This document shows positions 60,579-64,000 of a stretch of DNA of 64,000 nt, one piece after another (the first letter of the stretch is position 1; each line of letters opens with the position of its first letter). The DNA is from a virus: the IMG/VR virus record IMGVR_UViG_3300020182_002648, positions 1 through 64,000 of that record; one strand, written 5' to 3'. Made by a program: the position numbers and the translations under genes. The notes beneath the pieces are model-generated. The model searched no databases. It saw only the letters and a program-made list of their open reading frames with translations, and was not told where the DNA came from.

Positions 60579-61012
60579 TGGGTCCAGTAATAAACACAAT
60601 CATTGGCGCAGGTATTAAGCTAGGCGTCGTATTAATCAATGCATGGTTAGAAGGTAAACAGCAGAACCAGCTGTTGTTAGCAGCGAGAGACGAGAAAATG
60701 GTAGAGGCCATAATGAACAACCAAGACAAACAAGCTAGTGATCCATTTGTCAAGATGACTAGACGTATATTGTTCACTTGTATAACGTTTACATTATGCT
60801 ATCTCATGTTGTATTACGCTCTCAATCCTCACATAACATACGATGTGATTGTACCAAAAGGAGAGTCCCATCGATGGGGCATATTCTCATGGATAATAGG
60901 TGGTAAAGATTATGACGTTATAAAAATGACCGGAGGTTTGTTGTTAACCAGCTTCTTTGACTTGTGCTTCATGGTTATAGGTTTTTATGCTATACCTAGC
61001 AAGCGTAGATAG
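60578..61012 (+). CDS. Membrane protein, holin candidate
   Basis: Two to three hydrophobic helices, 'SDPFVKMTRR', 'VIGFY', basic C-terminus KRR, late-type promoter. Confidence 0.5.
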   Translation: MGPVINTIIGAGIKLGVVLINAWLEGKQQNQLLLAARDEKMVEAIMNNQDKQASDPFVKMTRRILFTCITFTLCYLMLYYALNPHITYDVIVPKGESHRWGIFSWIIGGKDYDVIKMTGGLLLTSFFDLCFMVIGFYAIPSKRR

Positions 61013-61564
61013 TTACTTCTTCTTCTCAGCACTAGCACCAAACACTGCTACCAATTTGGCAATGATAGCTTCGCCATCACCTAGATCAGTAGGAGGTGCA
61101 ACAGGCATGACCAACTCATCACCATCATCCCAATCCTCATCACCATATCCATAATCCTGGTATATGTCAGCTCCTTGAGCATCAGCATCAATCTCTAACA
61201 CTTCTGTGGCTGCTGGTTCTGGTGGAGGTGTCCAATCTTCAGCTTCCAATTTATAAATGTCACTGAATATGATCCAGAGCAATTGCCTGGTGTGATCTTC
61301 ATCTTTAGTACGGGCAACGAAGTCTATAATGTCCCCCTTGGAGAACGCGCCATGCAAGGTTTGTATAGGATTGTCAATACTAGCGTAACACTTGTGTGCA
61401 ATATAATCATGAGCTAACGTGGCGCAATCTCTGATAACATAATAAGCACTCTTCTTTTTGATCTCCACACCTGTGTCAGGCTTGACCATGGCAATAGCAC
61501 TCGGTCCAACAAGGTTACGTTCCTTGATAGTACTCAACTCTAAGATCTTGCTCTCGAACTTCAT
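61013..61564 (-). CDS. Hypothetical protein with acidic Pro-rich C-terminus
   Basis: 183-aa ORF, TAATG-coupled to the upstream frameshifted gene. Confidence 0.7.
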   Translation of the reverse strand: MKFESKILELSTIKERNLVGPSAIAMVKPDTGVEIKKKSAYYVIRDCATLAHDYIAHKCYASIDNPIQTLHGAFSKGDIIDFVARTKDEDHTRQLLWIIFSDIYKLEAEDWTPPPEPAATEVLEIDADAQGADIYQDYGYGDEDWDDGDELVMPVAPPTDLGDGEAIIAKLVAVFGASAEKKK

Positions 61565-61847
61565 TACTTAGACTTCTTGTTATACTGCCTGGTTGGCTTG
61601 GTTTCTACACACTTGCATTTGAACTCTTCTAACTTGACCAACACATCCTGTATCGCTCCAGCCACCTGGTCCAATCGATCAGCAAAGCGATCCATTCGCT
61701 CATCCAACTCACTGGCACCACAACTGCCAGCCTCTTTAAGTTTATTATTCTCATTCTGCAGGGCATCATTGCGCTATTATTCTCATGCTGCAGGGCATCA
61801 TTGCGCTTGTACAGTTCATTCACTTGATTAATTTCCCAATCTTTCAT
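61564..61847 (-). pseudogene. 83-aa coiled-coil protein gene frameshifted by a 32-bp tandem duplication (real or assembly artefact)
   Basis: Removing one copy of 61743-61774/61775-61806 gives MKDWEINQVNELYKRNDALQNENNKLKEAGSC...YNKKSK*, ending in a TAATG overlap with the next gene. Confidence 0.8.
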
Positions 61848-61885
61848 ATAATAGATACTTAGTCTATCTGTATTGAAAATCCATG

Positions 61886-61943
61886 TAGCGCCGTAGGCGC
61901 TAAAAAAATCAGAAACCGCTAGCCGCCGGAGCCGTAGGCTCCG
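61886..61943. repeat. Two 7-bp-stem hairpins with identical GCC-GTA-GGC core
   Basis: tagcgcc-gta-ggcgcta (61886-61902) and cggagcc-gta-ggctccg (61927-61943). Confidence 0.8.
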
Positions 61944-61965
61944 CTAACCACCGCTGACCAACCGT

Positions 61966-62418
61966 TCAGTCTTTTCGGATGTTGTGCCCGATCAGATCTT
62001 CTGACTCTACCATGGCTTCTGCTGCTGCCCTGTTTATGGTGTCTTTGCGACTGGTCCTGTTGGCCATCCAGGCACATACCAGAATAGATAAGAATACAGA
62101 TCCAGTGATAACACCAAAGGTGAGTAACACGTCTGGACCATTGGAGGTTATGATTGCCTGTTCTGTGGCGTCTAGCATGCCATTGTTGTTCAGGTCTATC
62201 TGATTTAAGTCTATCTGATCTACTGGTATTTCAGAACCTTTGCCGGCTTGGCTATAAGATGTAGAGAAATTTTGCTGCTTCGCAGGACCGTCACCTGTTC
62301 TTAACTTGGCGCATCCTCCAAAGGCTCCTAACAACAACATCAACGCTCCCCATATCAGAGTTATGGTGCACAACTCTAGTGCCAGGTCAACTAATGTTCG
62401 GGTGTTATTCTTCTTCAT
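61966..62418 (-). CDS. Membrane/lipoprotein-like protein with EF-hand-like loop
   Basis: N-terminal hydrophobic segment ending 'FGGC', 'DLNNNGMLD' loop, second hydrophobic helix; GTAAATA just upstream on the minus strand. Confidence 0.6.
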   Translation of the reverse strand: MKKNNTRTLVDLALELCTITLIWGALMLLLGAFGGCAKLRTGDGPAKQQNFSTSYSQAGKGSEIPVDQIDLNQIDLNNNGMLDATEQAIITSNGPDVLLTFGVITGSVFLSILVCAWMANRTSRKDTINRAAAEAMVESEDLIGHNIRKD

Positions 62419-62745
62419 ACTATTATTTACAATTGGTCAACACATAAATGATACCTGCTGTTAATATAATGTATATAATTAAATCTTTTATTAGTCCTAA
62501 ACCTTCTGTTATTTTGTCGCGCATGTTAATGTTACTTATATCTTCTCAGTCACCAACCCGGGTGCACACAGGAAAGCGTTTCTGATTCCGCGAAAAAAAT
62601 TTGCGCAAAAAATAGGAGCATGCGTATCTGCAGGTACCTTATATCGCGCTCTATATAGGTGTGTCTCGCACGCCCATGTTCTCTATACACCGCCCGCTCT
62701 CTGAGCCCCGGTCGGCTTTCAGAAACCCACTTGCGTTTCAGAAAC

Positions 62746-62779
62746 AAAAAGGCGAGCCGCTAACAACAACGACCCGCCT
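62746..62779 (-). terminator. Terminator closing the minus-strand early gene run
   Basis: Minus strand reads aggcgggtcgtt-gttgtt-agcggctcgcct-tttt. Confidence 0.75.
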
Positions 62780-62801
62780 GGATTATATTATGGTATAAAG
62801 T

Positions 62802-63164
62802 TTATCCTATCTCTACTAGAGTGTCTACAGTCTGTTCTTCTGCTATCACATCGTTCAATGTGTCACGTTCAGTCTTTAATAGTCTGATCTGATTGTATAG
62901 ACTATCTATCTTGTTCTTGATCTGTTCTACTCTCTTACCTTTATTCTTTTGTGCTAAGCCTTCTCTACTTACATATGTATCACAGAACTTATCGAAGTTG
63001 TTATCATACTTATTTGTTATCATATTGGCTAGATAGGTATGATGAAATTGTTTAGGTTGTTTAGTTACTGTGCAAATGGCTCGGTAGTGTTTCAGTTCGA
63101 TATCGGCCATTGTACCTTCGTCAGTGAGGAATGAATAAATTGTGGTGCTTGAGTTGTTGTCCAT
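62802..63164 (-). CDS. Hypothetical early protein
   Basis: 120 aa with A/C-rich leader; 'ICTVTKQ...TYVSRE'. Confidence 0.7.
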   Translation of the reverse strand: MDNNSSTTIYSFLTDEGTMADIELKHYRAICTVTKQPKQFHHTYLANMITNKYDNNFDKFCDTYVSREGLAQKNKGKRVEQIKNKIDSLYNQIRLLKTERDTLNDVIAEEQTVDTLVEIG

Positions 63165-63227
63165 AATAGTGATGTTGTGTGTGTTGTTAATTTCCGAATA
63201 AGGTGGGTAAAAAAGTGAGGGTCAACT

Positions 63228-63398
63228 TTACTTTTGAGTTGTGATAGTCACTGGACCTTTTGGAGCCAATCCGATTGTGTATGGGCTATGCTGAACGTTC
63301 CTGTCTAAATTGCTCTCTAGACTTTTCATGAATACTACTGCTGTGTCCATGTCTTGAGCGTTGATAAGAAGTTTTCCGTTTTTTAATATTTGATACAT
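63228..63398 (-). CDS. Hypothetical early protein, 56 aa, absent from the ORF track
   Basis: MYQILKNGKLLINAQDMDTAVVFMKSLE...TTQK*, directly downstream of the 63434-63462 promoter. Confidence 0.65.
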   Translation of the reverse strand: MYQILKNGKLLINAQDMDTAVVFMKSLESNLDRNVQHSPYTIGLAPKGPVTITTQK

Positions 63399-63416
63399 AA
63401 TATAGTGTTGTTGTCG

Positions 63417-63462
63417 ATTGTTGTTATATTCTAATTATAGTCTAGTTTGTTTGATCAGGCAA
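63417..63462 (-). promoter_or_regulatory. Early sigma70-type promoter with conserved leader
   Basis: TTGCCT-17 nt-TATAAT-TAGAATATAACAACAAT. Confidence 0.8.
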
Positions 63463-63787
63463 CTAATGTCTTATGCTCTCCGGAAGCTAATTCTTTGATC
63501 ATTCCTTCACCAACGAATCCGTGAGTGTGTCTGATTATGTCTTTATGAATTCTCATCTCACCTAACAATCCTGCTTGTTTGATCTCGCTGGTCACATCAC
63601 ATTCACCTCGTGCGTTGTAGCTTTCTTCCAAGCTTCTATCCAGTTTCAATATCTGCTGAGCTGAATTGGTCACAAGCTTTTGACTATGTTTGAGAAGATC
63701 TTTGTAATGCTTTTCCCACATTTCGCTTTGATTCTGCCACATGTTGGCGTGATGAGAATGAATGTCTAGAGTGTTGTTAGGTTCCAT
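63455..63787 (-). CDS. Hypothetical early protein
   Basis: 110 aa downstream of the 63819-63847 promoter. Confidence 0.7.
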   Translation of the reverse strand: MEPNNTLDIHSHHANMWQNQSEMWEKHYKDLLKHSQKLVTNSAQQILKLDRSLEESYNARGECDVTSEIKQAGLLGEMRIHKDIIRHTHGFVGEGMIKELASGEHKTLVA

Positions 63788-63801
63788 AATATGTGTTGTT
63801 A

Positions 63802-63847
63802 ATTGTTGTTATATTCTAATTATAAGCTATTCACGTCGATTGCGCAA
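63802..63847 (-). promoter_or_regulatory. Early sigma70-type promoter with the same conserved leader
   Basis: TTGCGC-17 nt-TATAAT-TAGAATATAACAACAAT; 23 bp identical to 63417-63439. Confidence 0.8.
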
Positions 63848-64000
63848 CTAGTTTCTTTTCAACTTGTAAATCCATCAAGCTAGCAACATACTCATGAGCA
63901 TTCATCAAGCATTCTGCTGGTTCATCTTCGTCATGTAGTTCGTTGTCGAATCCTGTTCTGCTGATCACCACTCTTTCTCCTTTTTCTAGTAAAGATTGAA
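63831..64000 (-). CDS. 3' end of a hypothetical protein (partial)
   Basis: Open frame ...QSLLEKGERVVISRTGFDNELHDEDEPAECLMNAHEYVASLMDLQVEKKLVAQST* runs in from the window edge. Confidence 0.55.
   Translation of the reverse strand, partial: QSLLEKGERVVISRTGFDNELHDEDEPAECLMNAHEYVASLMDLQVEKKLVAQST

Noticed and set aside
62550-62747. 65-aa minus-strand ORF
   Set aside because: Non-ATG start inside a terminator, atypical composition, and it lies in a palindromic GC-rich element.
1-64000. Stop-codon reassignment, introns or inteins
   Set aside because: Standard-code ORFs tile the window densely, all three stop codons end genes, and conserved proteins (gp23, ClpC, QueF, Gmd) have normal lengths.

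Overview
A 64-kb, AT-rich segment of a large T4-like (gp23-type) myovirus genome, not a cellular chromosome. In order: (i) 1-2905, a partial SAM methyltransferase, a DUF366-like ligase-fold gene, clamp-loader small subunit, a GroES-like co-chaperonin and small genes; (ii) 2906-3460, a hairpin-rich gap with facing early and late promoters; (iii) 3466-25120, gp15-like tail terminator and very large virion/fibre proteins (up to 2914 aa) built from shuffled modules and 14-aa Trp coiled-coil repeats; (iv) 25131-44824, an uninterrupted ~20-kb, ~22-gene glycan island (gmd, fcl, glf, ugd, epimerase, about 11 putative glycosyltransferases, 2 sulfotransferases, SGNH protein) with T4-late-type promoters, sandwiched between fibre genes; (v) 44877-53894, a second repeat fibre and head genes (gp13, gp4, gp21, gp67-like, gp22, gp23); (vi) 54065-57734, a minus-strand 7-deazaguanine DNA-modification operon (TGT/DpdA-like, PurN-like formyltransferase, dNTP diphosphohydrolase, P-loop kinase, QueF); (vii) clpC, a holin candidate, a gene split by a 32-bp duplication, a GC-rich palindromic non-coding element and early genes. 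Best candidates for new biology: a late virion O-glycosylation system (sulfated/fucosylated glycan plus an apparent [ST]-[AG] motif enrichment in virion proteins), a possibly pre-replicative formyl-preQ1 pathway, and widespread leaderless mRNAs. All family calls come from motif recognition by eye; no searches or counts were computed.
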